DNA from: Eledone cirrhosa
Taxonomy: Eukaryota
Length of the DNA stretch: 64,000 nucleotides
Direction: 5' to 3'
Assembly: GCA_964016885.1 (NCBI GenBank)
Contig: OZ024742.1
Span: 230,702,001-230,766,000 of the forward strand
The position numbers were made by a program, and so were the translations under genes. Positions 29,354-44,442 of the stretch are shown here, piece after piece (position 1 is the stretch's first letter; the number at the start of each line of letters is the position of its first letter). The notes beneath the pieces are model-generated. The model was not told where the DNA came from. It saw only the letters and a program-made list of their open reading frames with translations, and did no database searches.

Positions 29354-29545
29354 CATCTATATATGTACATATATATATATACACATATATATACATATAT
29401 ATATGTATATATATATATGCATATATATATATATGTATACACATATATATATACATATATATATGTATATATATATATACATATAATATATGTACACACA
29501 CATATATATATATACATACATATATATATATATGCACACACACGC

Positions 29546-29601
<56 letters not shown>

Positions 29602-29614
29602 CCATATATATATA

Positions 29615-29699
<85 letters not shown>

Positions 29700-29737
29700 A
29701 CACACACATATATATATATACATATATATATATATAC

Positions 29738-29768
<31 letters not shown>

Positions 29769-30084
29769 TATATTTAGAACGGACTACAGATTGAGAAGAT
29801 AATTTGAGGTAATGGAATAGAATTTCTATAGAAGATTAGGTTGAGATAGGAAACGAATTTATAACCAAAGACGTAATAAATTGTAAAATGAAGTCATAGA
29901 ACAATATGTCTTGTCAATTAATGATCCTTCTGGAAACCAAACGGTGGGAAAAATATTGATAGAGCCGTAGAAGCATTGTATGGACTCATTAAGGAATATT
30001 ACATACACATTGATATACATGTTTACACACATCTACATACATACGGACAGACACACAAATACATACATACATGCGTATATATGC

Positions 30085-30130
<46 letters not shown>

Positions 30131-30138
30131 CTATCTAT

Positions 30139-30389
30139 CTAAGGCGGGTAAAATTCCCGAGATCCATGGACGAGTTCTCTCCAGCAGTCTCTGTCCCTCA
30201 TTATCGCTGCCATATCCTGCATCTCCAACAGACCAGTGTCTGTCCTTAGGCCATCAACATATGTTAACCTTGGTCTTCCCCTTCTAGTGTGTCCATGTAG
30301 GGGCTCCCAAAGGAGCACTGAGTGCAATGTCAACTCTGGATGTCGGCGAGCATGTCCAGCTAACCTCAGTCTCCTCTGTGTCACTTTTG
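30139..30389 (-). mobile_element. RTE-like LINE 3' fragment
   Basis: [16 protein letters not shown]...[10 protein letters not shown]...RDCWRELV; near-identical to 62628-62878. Confidence 0.85.
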
Positions 30390-30429
30390 CGTGTGTGTAT
30401 ATATACATATGCGTGTGTGTGTGTGTATG

Positions 30430-30460
<31 letters not shown>

Positions 30461-30554
30461 CGAGAGAGAGAGATGAGGGAGAGATTGCGAGATACATGTA
30501 GATACTATCGACGGTAACAATATCACGACTATCATCATCTTTACCATAATAATA

Positions 30555-30825
30555 ATAATTGTTTCTACTTTTTGGCACAAGGCCAGCTATTACTCCAGTG
30601 TATTACCGGTACTTTATCTCATCGACCCCGTAAGGATGAAAGGCAAAGTTAAGCTCGGCGGGATTTGAACTCAGAATGGCAAGCGCCGTAACTCATTGCG
30701 TCAAAGCATGGCGTCTGACCCTCTACCGATACTGCCAATCCACCATAATAATAATTGTTTCTACTTTAGGCACAAGGCCAGCAATTACCCAGTGCATTAC
30801 TGGTACTTTATTTTATCGACCCCGT
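30555..30825 (-). mobile_element. Abundant tRNA-SINE plus adjacent partial copy
   Basis: Family motifs at 30555-30745 and 30750-30825. Confidence 0.8.
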
Positions 30826-31048
30826 AATAATAATAATGATTAACTTCGTTATTATCAATGTTTCCATGTTCGACGCCGTCTTCCTCTCATCATCATCTTT
30901 GTGAATGGAATACATTGTACATATGATTCATTGTAGTGATTGACTCTTTTAACACTGTGAACACTCGAAACTGGAGCTCCTTATATAACTTCTAAAGTTT
31001 TTCCAGCATCAAAATGTAGATATATGTGTGTGCCTGAGTACATATATA

Positions 31049-31148
31049 CAGGCTGTCCCCAAAAATGTATACAAACTTCAACATCGTTCTAATAAATATT
31101 GCTTGTAGAGGTAATCAAAGTGTGTATACATTTTTTAGAGACATCCTA
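31049..31148. mobile_element. Tc1/mariner-type MITE
   Basis: Imperfect ~30-bp TIRs caggctgtccccaaaaatgtataca / tgtatacattttttagagacatccta, flanked by TA. Confidence 0.65.
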
Positions 31149-31215
31149 TATATGTGCTTGAGTGTGTGATTTGAAGATGTATGTACGCGTGTGAGTGTAT
31201 TTATACATATATTAT

Positions 31216-31402
31216 GTGGATTGGCAGTATCGGTAGAGGGTCGGACGCCATGCTTTCTAGCATAGATTTACGCCCCTTTACAGTCTGAGTTCAAATCCCG
31301 CCGAGGGTAGCTTTGCCTTTCATCCTTACGGGGTCGATAAAATAAAGCACCAGTAATGCATTGGGGTAATTGCTGGCCTTGTGCCAAAAGTAGAAACAAT
31401 TA
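31216..31402 (+). mobile_element. Abundant tRNA-SINE (reference copy)
   Basis: A-box-like tggcagtatcgg, B box gagttcaaatcc, central gcctttcatccttacggggtcgataaa domain, AT-rich tail. Confidence 0.85.
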
Positions 31403-32178
31403 TTTATATCTGTATAGACAATACTTTCCAATTTAGCCACAAGTCTACGAATATTTGAACTTAGCTTTAAAGTTATTATTGACTGCTACTTTATACTATC
31501 GACCTCGGATGGACAAAAATTAAAGTAAACTTCGTTGAAAGTTGAACTCAGATTGCAAGACATGTAATAATTTACCTTCGACGCTTCCTACGCTCTATCA
31601 ATTCTGCCAATCCACCACCAGTTGACAGATACTTTATTTTATCGACCATGGATTTATGAAAGTCAAAGTTGACCTCGACGTGGTCTGCAAATAAAGAGCT
31701 GGAACATCGCAAAACATTTTGTCCAGCGCTATAACGATTCTGCCAAATCAAAATATTAATAAATAAAACCAACACACGTATTTAATTTAAAATCAAGGCA
31801 AGCAATATTTGGATGGGGTGGGCGATAAATCTATTACATTGACCCCCAGTGCTTGGTTGGTACTTTATTTTATCGATCCCGTAAATATGAAAGGCAATGT
31901 TGGTCTCGACGGTAATAAAACTCAGAGTGTAAAACGCTGGAATAAATACGCCAAAGCATTTTTTTGCGGACGCTCTGAGGATTCAGTTAATTTGCTGCCC
32001 TTATATATAGAGAGAATACGGGTTTCCAATATAGCAACTAACCAGAAATTTGACAGAAGAAATCGATTATTGAAAGCCGACTCCAGTGTTCTTCTTCTGC
32101 TGTTGTTGCTGCTGTTACTACTACTACTACTACTACCACTACTACTACTACTACTGCTGCTACTACTACTACTACTAC

Positions 32179-32233
<55 letters not shown>

Positions 32234-32304
32234 ACTACTACTTATATGTCTTAATTCACAAAGAACGAGGCTCTCTAAGAATGTCTATAATTTGATTGCT
32301 CTTA

Positions 32305-32525
32305 GAGCGGTGGGTTGGCAGTATCGGTAGAGCGTCAAACACCATGCTTTGCAGCATCGAATTATGGTCCTTTACGGTCTGTGTTCAAATCCCGCCGCGG
32401 TTAGCTTTGCCTTTCATCCCTACGGGGTGGATGAAATAAAGCACCAGTAATGCACTGGTGACGATTTAATCGAATTTCCCCTCCCCTTTAAATTGCTGGC
32501 CTTGTAACCATAGTAGAAATCATTA
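32305..32525 (+). mobile_element. Abundant tRNA-SINE copy
   Basis: Same motifs as 31216-31402. Confidence 0.8.
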
Positions 32526-33298
32526 TTTTGATTGCTCTCAAAAACTACTTATTACCATGAGCAGTAGAGGATCTACTTGATTCGGAAGACACCAATTATC
32601 TCGTCATACAATGAAACATAACTGATTGTTAGAAACAGAAAGGGGAGATATTATTCTCTCCACACTTTAATGATGAAATGCTAAGTTGTTCTCGGTGGGA
32701 TTAGAACTCAGAACGTAAAAAGCTGGAACAATTAGCGCAAAACATTCTGTCCGACGCTGTAATGATTCTGCCAATCCACCATGCTTATGTATAGAAAATT
32801 ATATAGCAATGAGATTGTTACCACTCTAAATTAAAGGTTTAGATGAATTTAAATAAAGCTCTATGAAATGCTCATTTACATATTTAAAATGTTGACAGTT
32901 CCACATCCGTAATGTGCGTTTATATGGACAATTCATTGACTTCACAGTAATCCTTTTAGTTTAAGTGATACGTGGGATGTTTATGAATATTTTAAACAAA
33001 CAAACATAACATTCGAATCCCACTCCCAACCACCCTCACTTCAAGATGGCAGAATTAAGAATTGTCATTAAAGTTAATACAAAATGAAAATCCATTTCTA
33101 CATGCAAACATCAGATCACTTCAACACCATTCAGTGATTCAATAATGTAATTTACATAATATTCGTTATTGGCTGTATAATCCGCAGACAAAAGAGGCAC
33201 TATACCACTAAATATATATGTTGGGATAGGTGTGTGTGTGTGTGTGCATATATATATATATGTGTGTGTGCGCGCGCGCGCGTGTGTGTGTGGGTGTA

Positions 33299-33337
<39 letters not shown>

Positions 33338-33697
33338 CTTTCACCGTATTTTTTACTAAAGACATTTTAGCCTGATAATGGGGTTTAGAATCCTCAGATA
33401 AATGAAAAAAGATGAGTATTGACGTACATGGGAGTCGAACCCACATCTTTGGTTAGCCAGATCACTGTGCTACCATTACACCATTTACTTGTCATTTATA
33501 CTCGCTAAGAATGTAGCTTCTAATTTGAATGGAAAGAGATGGGTCATGTGTTGGTGTAATGGTAGCACAGTGGTCTGGATAACCAGAGATGTGGGTTAGA
33601 CTCCCATGTACGTCAATACTCATCTCTTTCCATTTATCTGAGGGTTCTAAACCCCATTATCAGGCTAAACTTTCTTTAGTCAAAAATACGGTGAAAG
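33338..33697. mobile_element. Head-to-head inverted pair of a tRNA-headed element
   Basis: Arms 33338-33483 and 33552-33697; head tggtgtaatggtagcac...gggtt(c/a)gactccca has A and B boxes. Confidence 0.75.
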
Positions 33698-34749
33698 CTA
33701 TTCTATTTTCTAATTTCAAACCTGCTCACTGTTTTAAAACATACTTACTTGTCATATACATATGTGCATATATACTTATGCGTATGTATATGAGTGAAGA
33801 CACGGGATCCAGTGTTGGGGTGTTGGCTTGATAATCATATGTTCCTGGGTTCGATCTTACTCAGACCAAGCTACGCATTATGTGTTTAAGAAACTATAGT
33901 TTACGCTGCTCCAATCTACTCAGCTCAAAAAGCTTACGTTCCAACTGCAGCTAAAAGTATTCCTTGTGATGGACTGTCGTCCTATCCAGGAGATGTCTAA
34001 GGTCATCATTCACAATGGAGTATCACTTTTGCTAAGGATTTTAGGTGCTGAACCAGTCGGGAGCAGAAATAAACATCCTCTCTACCCTTAAGTTCCTCCT
34101 CTCTAGAGGTAGTGTAACACCAGAGATGTAAGATATAGTAGGAGAGAAGCCTGCGCCTACACAAGGTTGGTACTTTCTTTATCGCAAAGTCGAGCGCAAC
34201 AGGATTGGCATTCAGAGCACGGGATCCTGGATTAAAAATCCATTGAGCTTCTTAATCGATGCTCTGAAAATTCTTTATTGATCATTAGCCTTGCTGGGCT
34301 TTCTTAGCCTTATTTTTAGCTTAGATGTAACATTTTCATAATGTCTGCCGTAATATCTAACGCTCTAACGATTCTGCTAAATCTACCGTCTTTTAACACG
34401 TATAAGCAGGAAAGGTTACTTCTATTTCCATGTGATGTTATAGAATGAAGAGGAGCAAGAGAACAGCATGTTAAGTCTTTCTAATCTGTGGTTTATGCTT
34501 AAATAACTCCGATTTTTTTTCATGCCTTTATATTTCGAATCATGAGTTATGTTCCATTGTATGATCAGATAATTGGTTCCATCAGAACTGGAATCAACTA
34601 GTTCCTCTACTGCTCATGGTGAAAGTCAGGTTTACAGTATAATCAAAATACACAAAACATTTTTACAGGGTCATGTTCTTCGTCAACACAAACACATAAA
34701 TAGCAGCAGCAGCAACAGTTGCAGCAGCAGTGGCACTAGTAGTAGCAGC

Positions 34750-34807
<58 letters not shown>

Positions 34808-34930
34808 AGTATTGCTGAGACAATATAAAATATGTATATAAAAATCTTTCAGCGGCGATTATCGAGTTCTATCTATACTTCTCGATATTTCGATATATAT
34901 ATATATATATATAATATATATATATAATAT

Positions 34931-34997
34931 ATAGAAATAGCTTCTACGGGACTAGAACTGTTTCATTCGGGAAGCCGATTGAACCCGGGATAAACTT
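34931..34997. mobile_element. Family E rearranged fragment
   Basis: Reverse complement of GAAACAG...GTAgaagc joined to the family end ccgattgaacccgggataaac. Confidence 0.6.
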
Positions 34998-35047
34998 ATA
35001 TATATATATATAGTGGTAGTAGTAGTAGTAGTAGTAGTAGTAGTAAT

Positions 35048-35202
35048 ACAACAGTTAGTTCACCATACCGAGAACAATTTGTTCACCTTATGAAACAATT
35101 GTGCTCGGTATGGTGAACTAACTGTTGTGTTACTACTTCTACCAAACTCGTCCCATAGACTGAGTGTTCTACCACTACGGATATTACCTTCGAGGGTTCA
35201 AC

Positions 35203-35203
<1 letters not shown>
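35048..35203 (+). mobile_element. Family D, second fold-back copy
   Basis: Palindrome 35048-35130 around GAAACAATTG; tail matches 16830-16905. Confidence 0.75.
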
Positions 35204-35267
<64 letters not shown>

Positions 35268-35570
35268 AAAATTAACAAACAAAAGACAACGAACAAAAAA
35301 ATAAAGGGAAAACATAATAATTTTTGTTTACATAACAACAAACAGAAGACAAAATCCACGGTCTTCGACCGTCGAGGCTGGCTTTCACAGTTTCGACCCT
35401 TGTCGACGGCACTACTGGTCTACCCGGGGTCGCAGCGTCCGACACAACCTAAAGCGCTGTCCGCGGAGTAAAAGACAAGACAAAACAATAACTTATAACA
35501 ATTAAACCATAACAGGTCCAACTAGGAGCGATAGTCTCGTGAAAATGTATGTGTATATATTTATATATAT

Positions 35571-35661
35571 ACGAAGGAATTGTGGTAAGGAACCAGATGG
35601 ACCATAACGCACCAGAGTACTTGAAACGGCTTGAGCTCTGCCGTCGGGGTCATACCTTTTC

Positions 35662-35662
<1 letters not shown>
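35571..35662. mobile_element. Family G inverted fragment
   Basis: Minus-oriented tail joined to plus-strand GAAACGGC...GCCGTCggggtc. Confidence 0.7.
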
Positions 35663-35693
<31 letters not shown>

Positions 35694-35869
35694 CTGTGTG
35701 TGTGCGTGTGTGTGTGTGTGTGTGGTGATGGTGTCTGTATGTGTGTAATCATACTTTCGTAAATCCGAACCATAGAAGATATCTAAAATAAAAAACATCT
35801 GCCTTTATTTAATAAGTTATAGTAAGCATTATTGCGTATGATTAGTCTTATTATTATTATTACAACATT

Positions 35870-36035
35870 AGGGGCGGTGGATTGGCAGTATCGGTAGAGG
35901 GTCGGACGCTATGCTTTGACGCATAGAGTTGCGGCCCTTGCCATTCTGAGTTCAAATCCCGCGCGGAGTCGATAAAATAAAGTACCAGTAATGCACTGGG
36001 ATAATTGCTGGCCTTGTGCCAAAAGTAGAAACAAT

Positions 36036-36037
<2 letters not shown>
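35870..36037 (+). mobile_element. Abundant tRNA-SINE copy with internal deletion
   Basis: Family head and tail present; central block missing. Confidence 0.75.
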
Positions 36038-36070
<33 letters not shown>

Positions 36071-36933
36071 ACGGGTCTCTGCAGGTTCCATTTAACCAAT
36101 TACTTTCACAGGGTTTTGGTCAACCTTAGGGTACTGTAAAGACAATTGCCTATGTGCTGCGCAGCGGGCCTGAACCCAGAATCTTGTAGTTGTTTAATGT
36201 TTAATATTTATTTTATTACGTTTATAATTTCTTGAGAAGACTAAAAGGAAAAAAAGGAACTAAGAAATATGTGATATGTATAATAGTATTTTTTTGTATC
36301 TCAACAATTGAAACTTTCTTCATTAAACTTTAGCTTTATCAACCAGGTTATAATTAAAATTGGAAAAGTAAAATGCATATACACAAATGTGTGTGTGTGT
36401 GTGTATTAGTGTGTGTTATGTACGCATGCTCATTTTCTCTTTCTCTCACTCAGCCTGTCTGCCTCTCTCTCTCTCTCTCTTTATTCGTGTGTATTAATAC
36501 ATTCATATATTAATTCTTGCATACATACATACACACGCATACCCACACATGCATGCATACACGTATGCATACATACACAGACACATGCATACACCCCACA
36601 CATACACGCATACGTATTTATACATACACACAACCCCACATGTATAAACATCATTATATTAATTTCTACAGTGTTACACAGTTAATGACTGCATACTTTG
36701 TGTCAGTAAAATCATTTTTTTCTTGAATTGTCTTCTATCCAAAATGGGGTTTCAACTCCTTGGAGAAACGAAATACTATCTAGCTGCCATCTTTAATTTC
36801 ATTTTTCCCTGAAGGCTCTTGAATTTTGTTGTAGCTGCAAACAAAACGCCCAACAATAGACCATATATTTGTATTATTTTAGCATTTCTTTTCATTTTCA
36901 TGTTATAATGCAGTTAAGACTTAGATAAAATAA

Positions 36934-37006
<73 letters not shown>

Positions 37007-37449
37007 ATAAAGGCTTTTATTCAGTTATGTATTTTTGTCGACTACAACAGCTATGTTTAGAATGAAACAAGACTATACAAAGGATATTTTACGTATATTT
37101 ATATATTTAAACATTTCTTTTATCTAGGCAATCCTATTATTTTAGAATCATTTACAATACAATTGTATCGATGCGTCTGTTTCGTGAATGTTTGGTTATA
37201 TACATGTAACTGTGTATTGCGTATAACTGTTGACGTGTGTCGTTATGACAATATGGTCTTTCTCTTTATTCAGGATATACAAATATTTATAAATATCATT
37301 TTGCTAACATAAACAAATGCACACACAAGTATGCTTATAGAAAAATAGCTGTCTTTTGTCTCTGTAAGCATATATGTAAGTATATATATATATATATGTA
37401 AATAGGCTTAAAAATACCCCCATACGAACATGTTTATAAACGTGTACCC

Positions 37450-38010
<561 letters not shown>

Positions 38011-38244
38011 GCATATATATGGTGTTTCGATATATTCAAAGTATAATCGCATAATTAATCAACTTACTTACGTATGTATGTGTACTTATACATCAATATA
38101 TGATACAACGAAGGAATATATTCCTGTATATTGAACAATACGGGTAAAGTTGTGAGAGAATTTCTTTCAGTTAAAGACAAACAGTTAATATTTAATTATA
38201 TACATGTATATATGTGTGCGTGTGTTCGTGTATGTATAATTATA

Positions 38245-38584
<340 letters not shown>

Positions 38585-38766
38585 TCAGAGATATCCACGG
38601 TAAGTTGTGGGGTCGAAACACCATATATATATATATACAGAGAGATAGAGAGAAACAGAGAGAGAGAAGGGGGAGTCTGCGGTGCTGAGACCAGGGAGAC
38701 ACAATTAATGGGAGTACTCAATGCGTGGGGAGATTCAGAGTGGGTATAGATATACATACCGGCTTG

Positions 38767-39012
<246 letters not shown>

Positions 39013-39018
39013 ATATAT

Positions 39019-39203
39019 ATAGGAAAAGAGTCAGGACCCTGACGGCTGAGCTACAGCCGTTTCGACAGCTAGGTCTGAACCGTTCAGACCTAGCTGTCGA
39101 AGCCGTCGGGGTCCTGACTCTTTTCCTATTACCCACTCTACTACCCAGTATAGAGTACTTTGGTGCTTTATGGTCCACCTGGTTACTTACCACACTTCCT
39201 TCG

Positions 39204-39205
<2 letters not shown>
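39019..39205 (+). mobile_element. Family G fold-back copy (distinct subfamily)
   Basis: Palindrome 39019-39129 centred on gacagctaggtctgaac-c-gttcagacctagctgtc; minus arm reads GAAA CGGCTG tagct CAGCCG TC agggtcc. Confidence 0.75.
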
Positions 39206-39258
<53 letters not shown>

Positions 39259-41934
39259 CATATACATATAATTATTATTACACATGTTTATGTTTATTCC
39301 TGAATCCGCACAGTTTTCATCACTTGTTGACTTGCAAAAACGAACATTTCGACATATTCAGGCAGTACCACCAAAGGAAGTAATGGTTCTACGTCACGTT
39401 ATTTTTGCAGCCACTAACCCTAACCAGAAACACCTGTAGCATCTATATGTGTGGTTGTGGATTAGCAGAGCCTCATATCAGTGGTGGAACACGCATTTGT
39501 CTTGGCTCTCCGCACATTTTGTGACCTTATGCCTTAATAAGAAATTGTATGTTTATACGTGCATTTATTTTTGTGTGTGTGAGTGTAATAGTTTCTAATT
39601 TAGACACACTGCTAGTAATTTGATGGACAAGAATACATTGATCACAGTACTTGACTGGTACTTTATTTTATGATCCTCGGTAAGATAAAATGCAATGTTG
39701 ATCCCTCCTGGATTTGAATTTGAATGTAAATTGCCGTAAGAAATACTTCAAAGCAGTTTTTCCTCGATGATCTAACGATTCTGCCAATCCACCGACTTTG
39801 TGTTCGTGACTATAATAGTTTTACGTAAATGATGTAGAATTACAATACCAACCCCTGAGTGTTGTGTGTGTTGGAAATCTCCCGGGTCCAATTACGTCTG
39901 TTGCTGTTGTTTGATCAAAGGAACGGCTCACTTGAGAAATTTACTTTAACGTTTGAATGGCTGAGCATTCCACAGACATGTGAGCTCTTAATGTATTTCT
40001 CAGGGAGATTCTGCATGATATACTGCGTGACATGGCTATTTATTTGAATTGCAGATACATCTCATTCTCACCAGTTGATTGAACTGGAACACCATAAAAT
40101 TTAGTGAGTTTCTCAGACTAACGACGCGCAGTCTATAATCGAACTCGGGAATTTATGATTGAGTTGAACAATCAAACAAACAAACTACGCATCTGTAACA
40201 AAATAACAATAGAATTGTTTTAAGTTTCATGAGATGCTGTAATTACGACCCCTATTAGTGCAATAAAAACACTTGTCTACAAATATCTCGACAGGTTCCG
40301 GGTTCGATCCCATTGCTCGACCTCTTGGGCAAGTTTAATTTACCCTGGACTAGGATCGATCTAAGAAACCTGAGTGAAATTGCGAAGACAGAAATGGAAA
40401 GAAGACCGTCGGATGAACTGTCCCTTTAATTCAATGATCCAGTCTTGTCATACAATTATATTAAGGGTACATGTGCTGTTGGAATGCCCAGCTTCTTACA
40501 TTTTAATACAAAATGGAAATTTCCAGTAATTCAAAAGACTAACATTGACACACGTCACACCGAATCTCGCTGCATATTGCCTTAAAAGTACACACATTTG
40601 TGGATTTTTCAGTAATTTATATTTTAATTCATTAAGCAAGGCAAGCTTTTACTTTTCTAACTGAAAAAATGTGTGTGCCTCTGCGTGTGGTGATAGATGT
40701 TGTAGATATCAGCAACCTATACCATCGCTATTCAAATCATACTGAACAGTGTGGAAGAACGTTCTTTCACGTACACAAGCTAGCCCATGATCCCAGCAGA
40801 CAGAATGGAGCAATTGTTACCGCGGAGAATAGCGAGGAGTCGCGTTGAAATAACTATTCCAACTCGCGGGGATTATTCTTGCGTGTGGCCAATTCTGTTC
40901 CCATATCATTACAGAGGGAGAAGGTCTCCACCGCTACGTTGATCGAATAACTGGAACGCTCATCGTCGAAACAGACGTAGTTGCATTCCTTTCCTTTCCA
41001 TTCCAATATCTCTATAGAATGTCTGCTAAAAGAACTTTTTAATAAATTAAAGCCTGATTTTTAAATTGACTTTCATTTTGACTTATTTGCACTTCAATTA
41101 GATTTACTACTTTGCAACTGACGATATGGAATGTGGAGTCCAATCTGGAGAAAAAGATCGATATTGCACCAACAGCTTCTGAGGCTTCATGCACTCTTAA
41201 GCATTCGTTGTTTGTCTTTCAGAAGAATTAGTGACTATTATCTGAGATCTAATGCATTTATGTAATGGACTATATCTCGTTACATGTTTATAGTGTGTTT
41301 ATTGAGTCGTTTCTGCCCCATGTGGAGGAAGAATCATGCTTGCGAGACGAATATTTAACCACTTAGTCATATTATCGCTACCCCAATGATGCAGGCCCTA
41401 ACAGTATGGGGGCGCCGAATTTTTCGAGCGAATACAAAGATTACGTCAGTATTCTGTTCTTGCCACATGGAGCCATTCAGAGTGAGTAAGGATTTTTGTA
41501 TCTGTAATCCAAAGTTCCGGCCTCATCATATATCATATCATGCTGATCCGACATGGGAATATTGTTAAGTGTATTGTCTGTGTTATCCTCTTACACTATA
41601 ATACAAGATCGACTGTTGTATATTGTGTCAAGTTCATTAGACTTGGAAATCCTGTTAAATGTGCACGTGTCTGTGAAATACTTAACGAATTATAAGTTAA
41701 TACAAGTTCCGTTGATTGAAAGACTGTATGCTCATCGTCGAAAATAGCGTTTTTTGTGTATTTTCAACTAATCTGACCTCCGACATGCTTGCCATCGCCC
41801 TCATTTTTTAAAATAGAATGGCGGGAAACCCTCTGATTGTCTCAGCTTTGGAGATTTCCTCAGTGCCAATAACAAGGCGCGGAACGGGGACACTCTGAGT
41901 TATAGATAAGCACCTCTCAGACATTTACATTTAT

Positions 41935-42628
41935 AGAAAAGCAATCCCTTGATACTGAAGAATGTGTTGATCCTTCATAATTTTGTACTGTTGTGGAAAG
42001 AGTTGTATGCTTAATTATTTAAGTATTCCCCAATTTCGAAATCCAACATTCGAGTTAAACCTAGCAGTGTGAGAAAGCAATCCTTGCCCCACAAAACATC
42101 ACAGAGAATGTCATCAACAAAATCTCCAAAATAGCCAGACCTATAAATCTATCGACAAGGTTGTCAAAGAGGACCACGTTTTTCATTATCCCAATTTCTA
42201 AACAATCTGGAACAGTTCGGTATGCTCCCCCACAACCTTGAATTGAAGAAGGGCACAGTCACCATGCTACCCAGAAAGTTGGATCAGCCAAGGTTGTGCA
42301 ATGGAACGCGTATAGTTGTGACTAAATGACTGCCTCGCATTATCGAAGCCAAAATCCTCACTGGATGTGGTAACGGGGAGATTGTATTTATAACTAGAGC
42401 ACCTCTAATACTAACAAATGTCTGTTTTAGTTTCAAATGATTACAATTCCAAGTTACGCAATGACCATTAACATGCCACAAGGACAAACACTGCAGATTG
42501 TCGGTCTCTATCTAGAAAAGAACTGTTTCTCACATGTAGGTTCTTCCTGAGTAGGAAGACCCCACAAACTCTTCATATATGTTCCAAATGAAAAAGGTAA
42601 AAACATTGTATACACTGAAGTTCTATAA
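41935..42628 (+). pseudogene. Helitron RepHel PIF1-like helicase C-terminal remnant
   Basis: Broken frames give AILAP, FLNNLEQFGMLPHNLELKKG, PRLCNGTRIVVTK, IIEAKILTG, YAMTINMPQGQTLQIVGLYLEKNCFSH, KNIVYTEVL*; stops and frameshifts. Confidence 0.85.
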
Positions 42629-42819
42629 ATGTAAAATACATTTTTCTATTATTTTCTTTATGTTCTGTATTTAGATATTCTAAATAAATTTTCAAAATTA
42701 TGTTATGCAATATTTTATCACCTTTTACTGTAAGGAAAATGAACATTATGACAGATGACAATAGATGCCTTATGAATAGATTTGAACACAGTACAGACCG
42801 GGGTGAATGAGGGCGATAA

Positions 42820-42898
<79 letters not shown>

Positions 42899-42933
42899 AA
42901 GAAACGGAGGTGGTGCGACGAATAAAATTTATT

Positions 42934-43030
42934 AGACATACTACAATCGTTTCTCTGGAGGCCAGCTCGAGGCACGATCGATGCAATGATTGAACCTGAC
43001 TCTGAACTCGCAAGGTCCTCAGATACGTCT
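42934..43030 (-). ncRNA. Type I hammerhead ribozyme with extended helix II region (family H, element ~42898-43100)
   Basis: agacgtat CTGAGGA [~62 nt] GAAA CGATTG TA gtatgtct; 8-bp helix I with two G-U pairs; GUA triplet; element lies between (TA)n tracts. Confidence 0.72.
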
Positions 43031-43098
43031 CGATTCTTCGAAGCAGAGTTTCCAAATCGGCCTGCCGCATAAGGACACTTTAAGCATCCTACAGCAAT

Positions 43099-43149
<51 letters not shown>

Positions 43150-44347
43150 CAAAATGACAAACAAACAAACAAATGCAGGAGTTAATAGTACAGAGTATTA
43201 TTAGCTTCACGCTTGGTGAGAATGGGGGAGATTACGACGTTTAGGACATAAGGACATAATATATGTATATACATATATAAATGGGGATAGTGATAAACTG
43301 GGTATATCGACTCATCATATTTCACTAGCTTACACTCTAGTTGGACCCATACCTACCATGTTTTCTTCTACATACCTTAAACAAATCCTGACGGGTTTAC
43401 CTTGCCCTATAAACCTCCATTCGAAGGGAGCCCTTCATAGGTTTCTTCGTGAACATGCATAGCAGGTCATCAAGTAGTTTCCACCGTCGTACGCTGAAGG
43501 TATTTTGAAAATTTGAAAGAAAAAGATTTGAAAGAAAAAAATGGATAAATGCCCACCGCCCACCTGACTATATTCACTGCCCCACATATGAAATAAAAAC
43601 TCCCAGCGCCCCCTTTCAACACAACAGCGCCCACGTTGAGAAACACTGCCGTAGATTATCTCAGCCGGGCCCTTATCATGACCTCTTCATTCGTGGTGTG
43701 GTCATGCCAAGAAATCTTATATATAGCCCCAAGCCAACGTCTATGAAAGACAACTGGTGATGGAGCTTATATTCAATGAATATAAATGTAAACAGGATTT
43801 AAACTTCTTAGTTGTGTATTACATGTTAAAGATTACAATCATTATATAGTATAGAGTTATTCATATAAAGAATATCGATTTCTTCTCTTTCTAATCGGTT
43901 AAAGAGAAATAAAGAATTGACTATGTTAAAAGTAATATATTATTGGTATATGTTTTACGTACCATGTAAAGAGATGGTGAGGGAGGCAGATAGAACGAGA
44001 GGAAAAGAAACAAAGAGGAGAGAGAAACAGAGTAAGGATGAGAAAAACAGAGAAAGAGAGAGAAAAACAGAGAAAGAGAGAGAAAGAAAAACAGAGGGAG
44101 TAAGAGAGACGGAAAGAACCCCTGCGAGATTAAATAAGAGATGGGCAATTAGAGAGAAAGAAAGAAAGAGAGAAAGGGAAGGGTGGAGCGTTTGCGATAA
44201 AATCGAATCGATTCGCACTAAGGATCAATAAATGATTCAACACTTATTTATGTTCACAGTGAAAAACAAACTAGAAAACTCCATATATATATATATATAT
44301 ATATTGAAGGGTGTTTATATATATGCACACACACACACACACGCACG

Positions 44348-44442
<95 letters not shown>

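Noticed and set aside
29087-29794. Long YI/HT/CV-repeat ORFs (also 13018-13508, 37304-38134, 62114-62884, 63159-63850)
   Set aside because: Translations of (TA)n/(CA)n microsatellites that lack stops by composition; not genes.
33552-33606. tRNA gene
   Set aside because: A and B boxes are present but there is no convincing complete cloverleaf; it is the head of a duplicated repeat.
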